A stretch of DNA of 64,000 nt, taken from assembly GCA_965248925.1 (NCBI GenBank), contig CBDFLE010000005.1, forward strand, positions 992,001 to 1,056,000. The letters are read 5' to 3'. Within the stretch, counting starts at the first letter, position 1. Each line of letters begins with the position of its first letter. Shown here in pieces: positions 1-9,807 of this stretch. Made by a program: the position numbers and the translations under genes. The DNA comes from Candidatus Multivoradales bacterium. GTDB lineage: Bacteria; Acidobacteriota; Thermoanaerobaculia; Multivoradales; J023. The notes below the pieces were generated by a model that ran no database searches, was not told the DNA's origin, and saw only the letters and a program-made list of their open reading frames with translations.

Positions 1-1
1 G

Positions 2-1306
2 GTGGCTTTGCAAACCGAGCGGGGCTACTACATCACCACTAGGCCCGACGGTGAACTGCGGGCCAACGCCAACTCCGCCGCTGAGCGGGAGACCTTTGAG
101 CTGGTCGAGATCGACGCCGATCACTTGGCCCTAAGGGCTGCCAACGGGCGCTTCGTCTCCGCCGATGGCGGTGGTGGCGGCGAACTACGCGCCAACCGCG
201 AACGGCCGCGAGACTGGGAAACCTTCCACATCCGTCCCCAGGGCGGCGGCCGCATCGCTTTTGAAACTGAGCGCGGCTACTACTTGACAGCTCAAATCGG
301 TGGCAACGCAACGATGCGCGCCGACCGTTCTTCGGTGGGCAATGACGAGATCTTCCGTTTGGTGGAACTCGACGACTCGACCTACGGCGACCCCCGCGAC
401 GACCCACACGGCCACCCCCACGATTTCCCTAACACCCCTCGCCACGATGATCCGCCGGACAACGGCTGGACCGAACCTCTGCGCAGCGGCCCTTCCTACC
501 GGCTGACCTTCCAAACTCAGCGCGGCACCTATCTCACCCTCGACTCTCAAGATCAACTCAGCGCCCGCGGCAGCAGCCCAGGTCAGCGTGAGGTCTTCGA
601 GCTGATCCCCTTGGCTGGCGACCGTGCCGCGCTGCGCGCCAGCAACGGCCGCTTCGTCAGCGTCGACGGCAAACGGGTACTGGCGACTGCCAATCAGCTT
701 GATCGCTACAGCATTTTCACCCTGGAGCGCCTAGCCGAAGGCGGCCAAGCGCTGCGGGCTTGGAACGGTCGCTATCTTTCGGCCGAAGATGGTGGCGGCG
801 GGAGCTTGACCGCGGATCGCGAGCACGCCCGCGCCTGGGAAATCTTCCGCGTCAATGTGATCAGCCAGGGTAGCGCCTCAGCACCGAATCCCGCCCCCGC
901 ACCCTCCCCCGGCGGCAACCTCGGCGGCCGGATCGCGCTGAAGACCCAGAACGGCTTCTACCTCACCGTCTCGAGCGACGGACGGCTGCGCGCCGACGCC
1001 CGAACCGCGGGCCAACAAGAGTCCTTTGACTTGGTGAAACTCGACGGTGATCGCGTCGCCCTCCGCGCCAGCAACGGCCGCTACGTCACCGCTCTGCAAA
1101 GCGCCGACCGCGGGCTGGTGGCCGACCGCAGCGAGGTTGGCACCTGGGAGAGTTTTCGCCTGGTCCGCCGCGGCGGCGACCGCATCGCCCTGATGACCCG
1201 CCAAGCCCGCTTTCTATCCGCCGATGCAGGCGGCGGCAATGGCTTGCGGGCGGATACTTACGAGGCTGGTGATTGGGAAACTTTCCAATTGGTAGAGCTG
1301 CGTTGA
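2..1306 (+). CDS. Fascin-like (beta-trefoil) repeat protein, 5'-truncated by window edge
   Basis: Three ~125-aa repeats with motifs ALRA(A/S)NGR(F/Y)VS, GGGG.L.A.R and WE.F, joined by an Asp/His/Pro-rich linker and a Pro/Ala-rich linker. ORF is open at the window start. Confidence 0.75.
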   Translation: MALQTERGYYITTRPDGELRANANSAAERETFELVEIDADHLALRAANGRFVSADGGGGGELRANRERPRDWETFHIRPQGGGRIAFETERGYYLTAQIGGNATMRADRSSVGNDEIFRLVELDDSTYGDPRDDPHGHPHDFPNTPRHDDPPDNGWTEPLRSGPSYRLTFQTQRGTYLTLDSQDQLSARGSSPGQREVFELIPLAGDRAALRASNGRFVSVDGKRVLATANQLDRYSIFTLERLAEGGQALRAWNGRYLSAEDGGGGSLTADREHARAWEIFRVNVISQGSASAPNPAPAPSPGGNLGGRIALKTQNGFYLTVSSDGRLRADARTAGQQESFDLVKLDGDRVALRASNGRYVTALQSADRGLVADRSEVGTWESFRLVRRGGDRIALMTRQARFLSADAGGGNGLRADTYEAGDWETFQLVELR

Positions 1307-1327
1307 GGTAGAGGCTGACCACGGACC

Positions 1328-2560
1328 TCAGTGAGTGCCGCCTGCCTCTGGCAGCGCCAACTGCAAACCGAGCAGCTCGGCCATCAGCCAGGCAATGTCG
1401 GTGTTGTCGAGAGCGCCGGTGAAGCGCTCAGCACCGGCACCGTAGGCGTAGAGGGGCACCGGGCCACCGGTGTGGTGGGTGCTGTCGAAGCGGATTCCCA
1501 AAGGCTGGCCCTGACCCCCGCTGTGGATCCCGAAGTGGCCGGTCTCATGGTCGGCGGTGAACAGCACCAAGGTGTGGCCGTCGGCACGGGCGGCGGTGAT
1601 CGCCAGCTCTGCACAAGCCTCCAGGTTGGCGACCCCACGGCGCACCCGCGGCCAATCTAGTCGGTGGCCACCGGTGTCAGTCTCCTCGTCTTCGATCATC
1701 AGGAAAAAGCCCGAGGGCGAGCTAGCCAGCCGTTCGAGGGCGAATTTGGTGGCAGCTGCCAGCGTCGGTTGCTGGTCCGGATCAGCGACCGAGCCGCTTT
1801 CGAACAAGCCGAGCAAGGGTCCCGAGTCCACCGAACCCTGCAACGAATCCCAGTCCTGATGCACTGCGTAACCGCCGGTAGCGAATTCGCCGAGCTGTTG
1901 CCGTAGCTGCTCAGAATTCAGGTCATCATCCACCTCGCCGAGCAGCAGGTCGACTCCCGACCGGGCCATTTGCCGAGCAATCTCAGCGGAGTCGCGGCGT
2001 GACACAACATGGCTAACGAAGGCCGCCGGGGTGGCATCCACCAGGTAGCTGCTGGTCACCAAGCCGGTAGCCATGCCACGATCGCGAGCCGCTTCGAGCA
2101 CCGATTGCAAGTGGCGCCCCTGTGAGTCCACCCCTACCCGACCATTGAGAGTCTTGTGACCACTGGCTAAAGCAGTGGCTGAAGCCGCCGAATCGGTGAT
2201 GGCGCTGCGCCATGAGTGGGTCGACAACCAACCGGTGAAGGGCATCTGCTCGAAATACAATCGCTCGTCCAACCCCACCAGGTCTGCTCGCGCCGCCTGG
2301 ATTTGCGAAAATCCCAGGCCATCGCCGATCAGCAGCACCACATTGCGAACTTCGGTTCCCGGCGCCAGGCGTTCAAGCGGCTGCGCCCACCCAGCTGCGG
2401 ACCCCTGACGCTGCGCCAGGCGTACCACTCGGGTCAACGAAGCGTCGCCCCCATCGTGCAGCAAGCGGATCTCCCAGGGTGACTGATGCAGCCACCACCC
2501 AGCGCCCAGCAGGATCCCGAGAAGCAGTAAAAATCCGGTCAAACAGCCCTGTCTTCGCAT
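1328..2560 (-). CDS. Alkaline phosphatase (PhoA family), N-terminal membrane anchor
   Basis: Motifs NVVLLIGDG, TDSAASATA (phospho-Ser), DATPAAF, TADHETG and DNTDI. Confidence 0.9.
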   Translation of the reverse strand: MRRQGCLTGFLLLLGILLGAGWWLHQSPWEIRLLHDGGDASLTRVVRLAQRQGSAAGWAQPLERLAPGTEVRNVVLLIGDGLGFSQIQAARADLVGLDERLYFEQMPFTGWLSTHSWRSAITDSAASATALASGHKTLNGRVGVDSQGRHLQSVLEAARDRGMATGLVTSSYLVDATPAAFVSHVVSRRDSAEIARQMARSGVDLLLGEVDDDLNSEQLRQQLGEFATGGYAVHQDWDSLQGSVDSGPLLGLFESGSVADPDQQPTLAAATKFALERLASSPSGFFLMIEDEETDTGGHRLDWPRVRRGVANLEACAELAITAARADGHTLVLFTADHETGHFGIHSGGQGQPLGIRFDSTHHTGGPVPLYAYGAGAERFTGALDNTDIAWLMAELLGLQLALPEAGGTH

Positions 2561-2653
2561 AGTCGGGCATCTTACCCCGCCGCCAAGCTGTAGAATCCAA
2601 TCTGGCTCACGCTCCCAGCGAGCCGCCCCCAGAACTCAACCGAGGTCAAGGAC

Positions 2654-3259
2654 TTGAAGACTACGATCATCTTGCTCTGCTGCTTGCTGCCCTGCGCCAC
2701 CCTGGCCGCTCGGGCCGACACAGCCTCTACCAGCCAGACCGCCGCCAGTGAAGGCGCGGCCACTGAGACTGCGGCCACTGAGACTGCGGCCACTGAAACC
2801 ACCGTGCTAAGCAACCCGCTGCCCGGCGGTCGTCTGCTGTCAGCTTTTGGTAGCCGTCAAGCCGTGCTCGGCAGCGCCAAGCATCATCCGGGGGTCGATC
2901 TCGCGGCGCTTGAAGGCGTGCCGGTGATCGCCCCGGCCGATGGTACGGTGATGCTGGCCACAGACCCCACGGAACGACCGGGTAAAGGAGCCATGCTGAT
3001 TCTCGACCATGGCCCCGAACTCAAGACCTTCTTCAACCATATGGGAGAGCTGGTGGTCGAGGTCGGTCAGGAAGTCAAGCGCGGCGACATCGTCGGCTAC
3101 CCTCGCAATGCCGGTGACATGGCCGGACCGCACATTCATTTTGAAGTGGTCTACGGCGGCAAGCAGGTAGACCCAGCTGACTGGATCGACGAGCTGATCG
3201 AGCGTGGCGCCGAAAACCAGGCGATCGACAGCACCGGCCCAGGCTTGACGGATAGCTAG
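2654..3259 (+). CDS. M23 family metallopeptidase, secreted
   Basis: Signal peptide, HxxxD (HPGVD) and HxH (GPHIHFEV) motifs, plus APADGTV. Confidence 0.88.
   Translation: MKTTIILLCCLLPCATLAARADTASTSQTAASEGAATETAATETAATETTVLSNPLPGGRLLSAFGSRQAVLGSAKHHPGVDLAALEGVPVIAPADGTVMLATDPTERPGKGAMLILDHGPELKTFFNHMGELVVEVGQEVKRGDIVGYPRNAGDMAGPHIHFEVVYGGKQVDPADWIDELIERGAENQAIDSTGPGLTDS
2756..2800 (+). repeat. 15-bp tandem repeat x3 (GCGGCCACTGAGACT) encoding an AATET linker
   Basis: Units at 2756, 2771 and 2786 (third imperfect). Confidence 0.9.
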
Positions 3260-3298
3260 CCGGCCGGCGCGGCGGCCCGGCCGAGAACAGACCGAGAC

Positions 3299-4951
3299 TC
3301 AGACGCCGGCGGCGGCGAATGCATCACCGACAATTTCTTGCGCCTGCTGCTGAATCTGCCGTAAGTGCTGCTCGCCGAGAAAGCTCTCGGCGTAGATCTT
3401 GTAGATCTCTTCAGTTCCTGAAGGCCGCGCCGCGAACCAGCCGTTCTCGGTCACCACCTTGAGCCCGCCGATCGCTTGCTGGCCAAATGGCGCATGGGTC
3501 AGTTTGGCCACCACCCTTTCGCCGGCCAACTCTTCAGCGACTACATCCTTGGCCGATAAGTTCAGCAGTACAGCCTTCTGCCGCGGGTTCACCGGCGCGT
3601 CGATGCGCTCATACACCGGAGCCCCATAACGCAACTCCAGCTGGGCATAGAGTTCGCCTGGATCGCGGCCGCTGACGGCGGTGATCTCGGCGGCCAGCAG
3701 GTTGAGCAAGATACCGTCCTTGTCGGTGGTCCAGGCGCGGCCATCGCGGCGCAGGAAGGCGGCGCCTGCGCTTTCTTCGCCGGCAAAACCCATGCTGCCG
3801 TCAAGCAAACCAGGCACAAACCACTTGAAGCCCACCGGCACCTCCGCCACCTGCCGGCCAAGGCCCGCCGCCACCCGGTCGATCATCGAACTCGACACCA
3901 GCGTCTTGCCGACCGCCGCTTCCCCACCCCATCCCGGCCGCTGGCCAAAGAGGTAGTCCACCGCCACTGACAGATAGTGGTTGGGAGGCAGCAAGCCGGT
4001 ACTTTTGGTGACAATACCGTGGCGATCGACATCGGGATCGTTGCCAAAGGCCACATCGAAACGGTCGCGCAGCGCGATCAGACCAGCCATCGCCCATGGC
4101 GAGGAACAATCCATGCGGATCATGCCGTCCTTATCGACCGGCATGAAGGCAAAAGTCGGGTCGCGATGGGGATTGACCACTTCCAGATCGAGGCGCCACC
4201 GCTCAGCGATCGGCGCCCAATAGTCGACCGCCGCACCGCCCATCGGATCGACTCCCAGGCGTAGCCCCGACGCCGCCACCGCATCGAGGTCGAGGACCGC
4301 GCCGAGGTCTTCGACGTAGGGGGACATCAGGTCCCGCTGATGGGTGGTCGAAGCCGCCAGAGCGCGCGCCGCGGGCAGTCGTCGCACTCCTTGCAGGCGA
4401 TCGCCCAAAATGGCGTTGGCACGCTCTTCAATCCAGCGGGTGGTAGCGTTGTCCGCCGGGCCGCCCGAGGGAGGGTTGTATTTGAAGCCACCATCGGCCG
4501 GCGGATTGTGCGATGGCGTGATCACTACCCCATCTGCATGGTCGTCACCACGAGCGTGGTTGTAGGTGAGGATGGCGTGAGAGATCACCGGCGTCGGGGT
4601 GGTGCCATGGTTCTCCTGCAACACTGTCTCGACGCCGTTGGCGGCCAGCACCTCGAGCGCCGTCGTCTGAGCCGGCTCGGAGAGGGCATGGGTATCGCGT
4701 CCGAGGAAAAGCGGGCCCTTGATGCCGCACTGCTGCCGCAGCTCACAAATCGCCTGGGTGATGGCCAGAATATGAGCCTCGTTGAAAGTTGCCGCCTGCG
4801 CCGTACCGCGATGGCCAGAAGTACCAAACGACACCTGCTGCGCCGGATCGTCGGCGTCGGGACTGACCGTGTAGTACGCTGACACCAGGCGGGGTATGTC
4901 GGTCAGCATCTGCGACGGCGCAACCTGGCCGGCTAGCTCATGAACGGGCAT
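3299..4951 (-). CDS. pgm: Phosphoglucomutase (alpha-D-glucose-1,6-bisphosphate-dependent)
   Basis: Motifs [30 protein letters not shown] and RPSGTE. Start taken at MPVHELAG. Confidence 0.95.
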   Translation of the reverse strand: MPVHELAGQVAPSQMLTDIPRLVSAYYTVSPDADDPAQQVSFGTSGHRGTAQAATFNEAHILAITQAICELRQQCGIKGPLFLGRDTHALSEPAQTTALEVLAANGVETVLQENHGTTPTPVISHAILTYNHARGDDHADGVVITPSHNPPADGGFKYNPPSGGPADNATTRWIEERANAILGDRLQGVRRLPAARALAASTTHQRDLMSPYVEDLGAVLDLDAVAASGLRLGVDPMGGAAVDYWAPIAERWRLDLEVVNPHRDPTFAFMPVDKDGMIRMDCSSPWAMAGLIALRDRFDVAFGNDPDVDRHGIVTKSTGLLPPNHYLSVAVDYLFGQRPGWGGEAAVGKTLVSSSMIDRVAAGLGRQVAEVPVGFKWFVPGLLDGSMGFAGEESAGAAFLRRDGRAWTTDKDGILLNLLAAEITAVSGRDPGELYAQLELRYGAPVYERIDAPVNPRQKAVLLNLSAKDVVAEELAGERVVAKLTHAPFGQQAIGGLKVVTENGWFAARPSGTEEIYKIYAESFLGEQHLRQIQQQAQEIVGDAFAAAGV

Positions 4952-5354
4952 CTTCAGGCTCCTGGGTGCCGGCACGGGAGATGAGATCGATCACTCGTCG
5001 CTCTATCTCGTCGCGGACTTGATTGAATTCGACCCTTGGCATCGCCTTGGGATCAGCCAGGCCCCAATCCTCTCGCTGCTCGCCGGCAAGCGATGGACAT
5101 TGGTCGCCACAGCCCATGGTGACGACGAAGTCGAAAGGTCCCGCGGGCAGCTCGTCGGTGGCTTGGGAGCGGTGCCGGGAAAGATCATAGCCGCGTTCCG
5201 CCATCGCCGCGATGGCCCGCGGATTGACCACTCCGGAAGCCGCCGAGCCGGCGCTCCAGGGCTCTAGTACAGCCGCACCATGGAGGCGAGCGAAGGCCTC
5301 CGCCATCTGGCTGCGGTTGGAGTTTTCGCTACACAGGAATACGACGCGCTTCAT
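4938..5354 (-). CDS. arsC: Arsenate reductase / low-molecular-weight PTP family protein
   Basis: [16 protein letters not shown]-loop, [10 protein letters not shown] and DWGLADP. Overlaps the pgm start. Confidence 0.8.
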   Translation of the reverse strand: MKRVVFLCSENSNRSQMAEAFARLHGAAVLEPWSAGSAASGVVNPRAIAAMAERGYDLSRHRSQATDELPAGPFDFVVTMGCGDQCPSLAGEQREDWGLADPKAMPRVEFNQVRDEIERRVIDLISRAGTQEPEDARS

Positions 5355-5458
5355 GCCGGTTATGGGTCCTCTGAAAGGTGAGCCGGGCGGAGATTCTAGA
5401 ACCTGGAACTACTCTGTCCACGTAAGACTCTTAGTAGATATCCTCGCTGCTGATCTAT

Positions 5459-6199
5459 ATGCCCAAGCCTATCCCACTCCAGACCCCCTTCAGCAGCGAG
5501 CGACCGCGCTCCGGCGCCCCTGCTTTCGAGATCCTGGAGGAGGACGCCCGACGCGACCGCCAACACAGAAAACGCACCGCCTGGACCGTCGCGTTGGCCG
5601 CCGCCGCCCATCTCTTGATCCTGGTTCTCAATCTTCCCCAGAGCGCCGCCGAGCCGATAGGCGCCCCTGAACGGGGCCCGGTCTACGTCGTTCAGCAGGT
5701 GCGCCTCCAGCCACCCGCGCCGCGGCCGGAGATGAAGGTCACCAAACGCAAAGCCAAGCGAATTCCCATCCCCGACCCGACTCCGGACGATCCAGAGCCA
5801 ATTTTTGATGATGAGATCGAGATAGAACTCGAGCTCGTCGACGGTGCCGAGGTCGCGGTAGAGATTCCCGACGCCCCACCTGGCGTGGGCCCTCATCCGG
5901 CCGCAGCCGGGGCCTTGCAGATCGGCAAAGGGGTGGCAAGACCGCTGAAGATCTTCGCCCCCAAACCTAGCTACCCTGAGGAAGCGCGCGCCGCCCGCAT
6001 CCAGGGCACGGTGCTGCTGCAGGTCGTGGTCACCGCCGAGGGCGAAGTGGTCGATCCGACGGTACTCAAGGGCCTGCCCCTGGGACTCTCCGAATCGGCC
6101 CTCGAAACGGTCAAGACTTGGACCTTCAAGCCAGCCACCAAGGACGGCAGACCGGTGGCTGTTTTTCTAATCCTCACGGTCAACTTTAACCTGCAATAG
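5459..6199 (+). CDS. Energy transducer TonB family protein
   Basis: N-terminal TM segment with His, Pro/acidic linker, and C-terminal YPEEARAARIQGTV...WTFKPA...VNFNL TonB_C motif. Confidence 0.88.
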   Translation: MPKPIPLQTPFSSERPRSGAPAFEILEEDARRDRQHRKRTAWTVALAAAAHLLILVLNLPQSAAEPIGAPERGPVYVVQQVRLQPPAPRPEMKVTKRKAKRIPIPDPTPDDPEPIFDDEIEIELELVDGAEVAVEIPDAPPGVGPHPAAAGALQIGKGVARPLKIFAPKPSYPEEARAARIQGTVLLQVVVTAEGEVVDPTVLKGLPLGLSESALETVKTWTFKPATKDGRPVAVFLILTVNFNLQ

Positions 6200-6391
6200 A
6201 ACTCCTGGAAGGGCCAGCACTTGCCCCTCCCGCCGGCCCCCCTGGTGAGGCCGAGTGTCCTGGTGGCCCTCGTGATAGCCTGGCGATCAGCTTTGAACAA
6301 TAGCTCCGCTCCCGGCTCGGCGGCACCTGAGTACCTTGATGGTGCTGAGGTTGCAGCTGCCCGAGCGAGCAGAACAGGAAGCGAGGGGACA

Positions 6392-7009
6392 ATGGCTTGG
6401 TTGATGGGTGAGATGCTCTGGTGTCTTCTGTTCGCCTTCCTGAGCGGCCTGCTAGTTGGCTGGCTGTGGAACAGGTGGCGTTGTGGGAGGCGTTGCACAG
6501 AGATCGAGAACGAGTGGAGAAAGCGCCTCGACAGCTGTGAGGAACGCCTTGCAGATGCCCGAACGCGGCAAGCGAAGAGCGCCGCGGCGGCATCCAGAGC
6601 CGCCGAGTTACAAGCCACCGCGAAAGCCGATCAAGCCGCTGCGGCGGCCAGTGAAGCGGACGCCGCAGACGAAGCCTTACGCCAGCGTCTCGGCCTGGTC
6701 GACAGCAGCCTAGCGGCCGACACGGACGCAGCACCGGCTATCGCCGAGGCCAGAGACGACCTGAAGAAGATTGAAGGTATCGGACCAAAGATCGAACAGC
6801 TGCTCAACGCTGCCGGCATCCGCACCTGGGCCCACCTAGCCAGCAGCGAAAGCGAGAGCATCAGAGAGATTCTCACGGCTGCCGGCGAGCGCTACCGCGT
6901 GCACGACCCCACTACCTGGCCGGAACAAGCTGCTCTGGCTGCTGTTGGCCAATGGCAAGAACTTGGGCAGCTGCAAGATCTACTAAAGGGTGGCCGGCGC
7001 CCCGGCTGA
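6392..7009 (+). CDS. Membrane-anchored coiled-coil protein with helix-hairpin-helix (DUF4332-like) domain
   Basis: GAGGGG RBS before ATG 6392; N-terminal TM; DDLKKIEGIGPKIEQLL...HDPTTWPEQA...LKGGR motif. Confidence 0.75.
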   Translation: MAWLMGEMLWCLLFAFLSGLLVGWLWNRWRCGRRCTEIENEWRKRLDSCEERLADARTRQAKSAAAASRAAELQATAKADQAAAAASEADAADEALRQRLGLVDSSLAADTDAAPAIAEARDDLKKIEGIGPKIEQLLNAAGIRTWAHLASSESESIREILTAAGERYRVHDPTTWPEQAALAAVGQWQELGQLQDLLKGGRRPG

Positions 7010-7011
7010 GA

Positions 7012-9807
7012 TCAGCGAATCACCAATCCTCGCGGCAGACTGTCGCCGAATAACTGCCGCTTCTCGGCCGCCTCCAACTGGCCACCGCTGCGAACCAACT
7101 GTGACCAATGGCTCGGCGCCCGGTGGTGTTCGAGCCATCTTGCAACTTTCTCGACCGTCGCGGCAGAGAGTTCGCGGTAGCGATCTCCAGTGTGGCGGGC
7201 CAGCTGAGTCGCGGCAAACTGCGCCTCGGCACTGGGCTGAGAGAGGCCAAGCAGGCGCTCTAACCACGTCTCCACCGTAGTGGCAGGCAAGACCGCGTTG
7301 AGCGGACCGTAGATCGGTTGCCGACTGCCGAGGCGCCCGAGGGTCCAGACCAGCGCCCCCGACAAGACTTTGGCACCGCGCATTTCGATCTCTTTCAAGG
7401 CAGTATCCCCGAGCCAAGTCTTAGTCGCCGGATTTAGCCATTCGAGAGCACCCAGTAGGCGCCAGATCTCGGCCAACTCGTGCGACCCAGCTTTCAATTT
7501 GCTCTTGCGCGCTGAGTTAGAGAGAGATTTGACACCGGTCAGCAGCGGTTCCGACAGGGCCTTCTGCTGACCGCCGGAAAGACCGCCAGCTAGGCGGCGC
7601 CACATTACCCACCACTCCGCGCGGCACATCGCGTTGCCGCTATGGACTACCGCCTGGTGCGACAAGCGCCAGCTGCGAGCCATCCGCCAATCGTCGACCG
7701 CGTAGCCATATCCCGGCCGCAGGGAGAAACCCAGCAGATTGAGCCAACGCGCCTCGTGGGCAACACTGCGGTGGCGGCCGCGCTGATGTTCGATCAAGGC
7801 ATGCCACAGGGCGCGAAGCAGCGACGGCGGCCACTCGTGGCGGCTGGCCTCGGTGGCCTCTTCAAGCCGCTTGACCAGCCCTGCTGGCGACGCCGAGCCG
7901 GCGAAGCTGTCGGCGATCAGCTGCTCGGCCGCCACCACCACCGCGGCATCGAGGAAGCCAGCCCTCTCGCCAGCGCCCTGGTGCGCGGCGACATCGGTGG
8001 CCACCGCCGAGCGAACATCGAATTGCAGCCTCCAGCTGCGCTCGCCAGCCACTTCTCGACAACCCAGTTCAAGGGTGCCGATCTCGGTCACCCGGGCACC
8101 GAGCCGTACTTCAACCCTCTCCGCGCTCTTCTTCTTACCCGAGGCCAGCACGGTACGGATCGGCGGCAGGGCTTTGATTTCGGTCGGATCGATGTCGATC
8201 AATTGGCCGGATAGATCGCTGATCCGCACGCTGGAGGTGAAGATCGGAAACTCCACCGGCTCGCGGATCAGCAGCTCGAAGGTGCGATCTTCGAGTTCGA
8301 CTTCGCTACCCTCCTGCAGCCCGGCCGGCACCAAGCAGAGAGCAGAGGTCACCGTGCCGCCCTGTTCAGCGCGGTCGGCGCCAAGGTAGTAGGTACGGGC
8401 CAAACCAGCCTCGATGCGCTGACCTTTGCCCCGGCGCACACAGCCGAAGTAGGCCGCGCCATGGGCTACTGCCAGGTCAAGGCGATGGTTGGCCAACAGA
8501 CGCGGTTGCCAGTCGGGCTCGGCCGGGGTGCGAAACCACGACGCCAATACCTCCAGCAAGCGTCGGCGCAGGGCGGCGCCGGCGAAGAAGCCGCCATTGA
8601 GCAGCACGACGTCGGGCCGCACCGCCCGACCTGGGTCCCCGTGATCGCAGAGAAAAGCCGCCAGGTAGCGGGTGACCGCCGAGTCGGCGGCGTAGGGCAA
8701 CCCCATCTCACGGAAGCCCGAGGCGTGGCTCCCCGCCCGCTCGTCCAGGCCAACGCGGGGCAAAAAGCCTTCGACCAGCAGCTCGATGGCTTCGTCGCGA
8801 CCGAGTTCGGCGGCCAGCGCGCCGCCAATCAATCGAGAACCACCGCCGGGCAAAGTCACGGTTAGCGAGGCCGGCGGCTGCTCGCCAAGTAGTTGCTCTT
8901 TGGCTTGCCGGCAGCGTTCGACCAACACGCTCCACTGCCGGGGTGGCAAGCGGCCGGAGCTGCTCAGTCTGTCTTCCAGATGGTGGGCCAGGGTCAGATC
9001 CAGATTGTCGCCACCGAGTATCAAATGCTCGCCCACCGCCAGGCGGTGAAACCGAACCCTGCCTTCGCCTCCATCCTCGACCCGAATCAGTGATAAGTCA
9101 GTGGTGCCGCCGCCGATATCGCAGACCAGAATCCTCTGCCCCGGCGCCATCGGCCGAGCCTCACCACCGCCCTCGCCATGACGATCAATCCAGGCATAAA
9201 AGGCCGCCTGGGGCTCTTCCAGCAACACCAGACGGCGCAGACCCGCGTGCTTGGCAGCTTCGACAGTGAGCTCGCGAGCGATCTCGTCAAAAGATGCTGG
9301 CACGGTCAGCACCAGGTCTTGGTCGGCCAGAGGATGTTGCGGATGCAGGTGGTCCCAGGCGCGGCGAATGTGCTCCAAGTAGGCCGCTGAGACCTCGACC
9401 GGGGACCGTTGGCTGACCCCTTCGCCACCCTGCCAAGGTAGGATTGCCGCCGTGCGGTCGACGCCGCCATGACTGAGCCAAGATTTGGCGGAGGCGATCA
9501 TCCGGCCGGGTAGAACCGCGCCCTGCTCCCGCGCCGCGACCCCGACGACGGCAGCCGGATCAGCCGACTGCCAGGGCAGGCGCAAGGCACCCCCGGTGTG
9601 CTCGGCTGCCGTGGGTTGATAATGAAAGGAAGGCAGCGTTTCTCGGGCCTCGATGGTCACCGGCGCCACCAGCTGTGGCACGGAGAAGGTCTCCACCCGC
9701 CAGCTCTCGGCCTCAGTATCGACCACCGCCACCGCCGAGTTAGTGGTGCCTAGATCGAGACCGACGATGTAACGCGATTGCTGGCGGACATCCTTGCCTT
9801 CCCCCAT
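7012..9807 (-). CDS. Hsp70-family (DnaK-related) protein with long C-terminal extension (DUF3731-like)
   Basis: Motifs VGLDLGTTNS, TVPASFD, EEPQAAF, DIGGGTTD and GGDNLD; C-terminal WLNLLGFSLRPGYG region. Confidence 0.85.
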   Translation of the reverse strand: MGEGKDVRQQSRYIVGLDLGTTNSAVAVVDTEAESWRVETFSVPQLVAPVTIEARETLPSFHYQPTAAEHTGGALRLPWQSADPAAVVGVAAREQGAVLPGRMIASAKSWLSHGGVDRTAAILPWQGGEGVSQRSPVEVSAAYLEHIRRAWDHLHPQHPLADQDLVLTVPASFDEIARELTVEAAKHAGLRRLVLLEEPQAAFYAWIDRHGEGGGEARPMAPGQRILVCDIGGGTTDLSLIRVEDGGEGRVRFHRLAVGEHLILGGDNLDLTLAHHLEDRLSSSGRLPPRQWSVLVERCRQAKEQLLGEQPPASLTVTLPGGGSRLIGGALAAELGRDEAIELLVEGFLPRVGLDERAGSHASGFREMGLPYAADSAVTRYLAAFLCDHGDPGRAVRPDVVLLNGGFFAGAALRRRLLEVLASWFRTPAEPDWQPRLLANHRLDLAVAHGAAYFGCVRRGKGQRIEAGLARTYYLGADRAEQGGTVTSALCLVPAGLQEGSEVELEDRTFELLIREPVEFPIFTSSVRISDLSGQLIDIDPTEIKALPPIRTVLASGKKKSAERVEVRLGARVTEIGTLELGCREVAGERSWRLQFDVRSAVATDVAAHQGAGERAGFLDAAVVVAAEQLIADSFAGSASPAGLVKRLEEATEASRHEWPPSLLRALWHALIEHQRGRHRSVAHEARWLNLLGFSLRPGYGYAVDDWRMARSWRLSHQAVVHSGNAMCRAEWWVMWRRLAGGLSGGQQKALSEPLLTGVKSLSNSARKSKLKAGSHELAEIWRLLGALEWLNPATKTWLGDTALKEIEMRGAKVLSGALVWTLGRLGSRQPIYGPLNAVLPATTVETWLERLLGLSQPSAEAQFAATQLARHTGDRYRELSAATVEKVARWLEHHRAPSHWSQLVRSGGQLEAAEKRQLFGDSLPRGLVIR

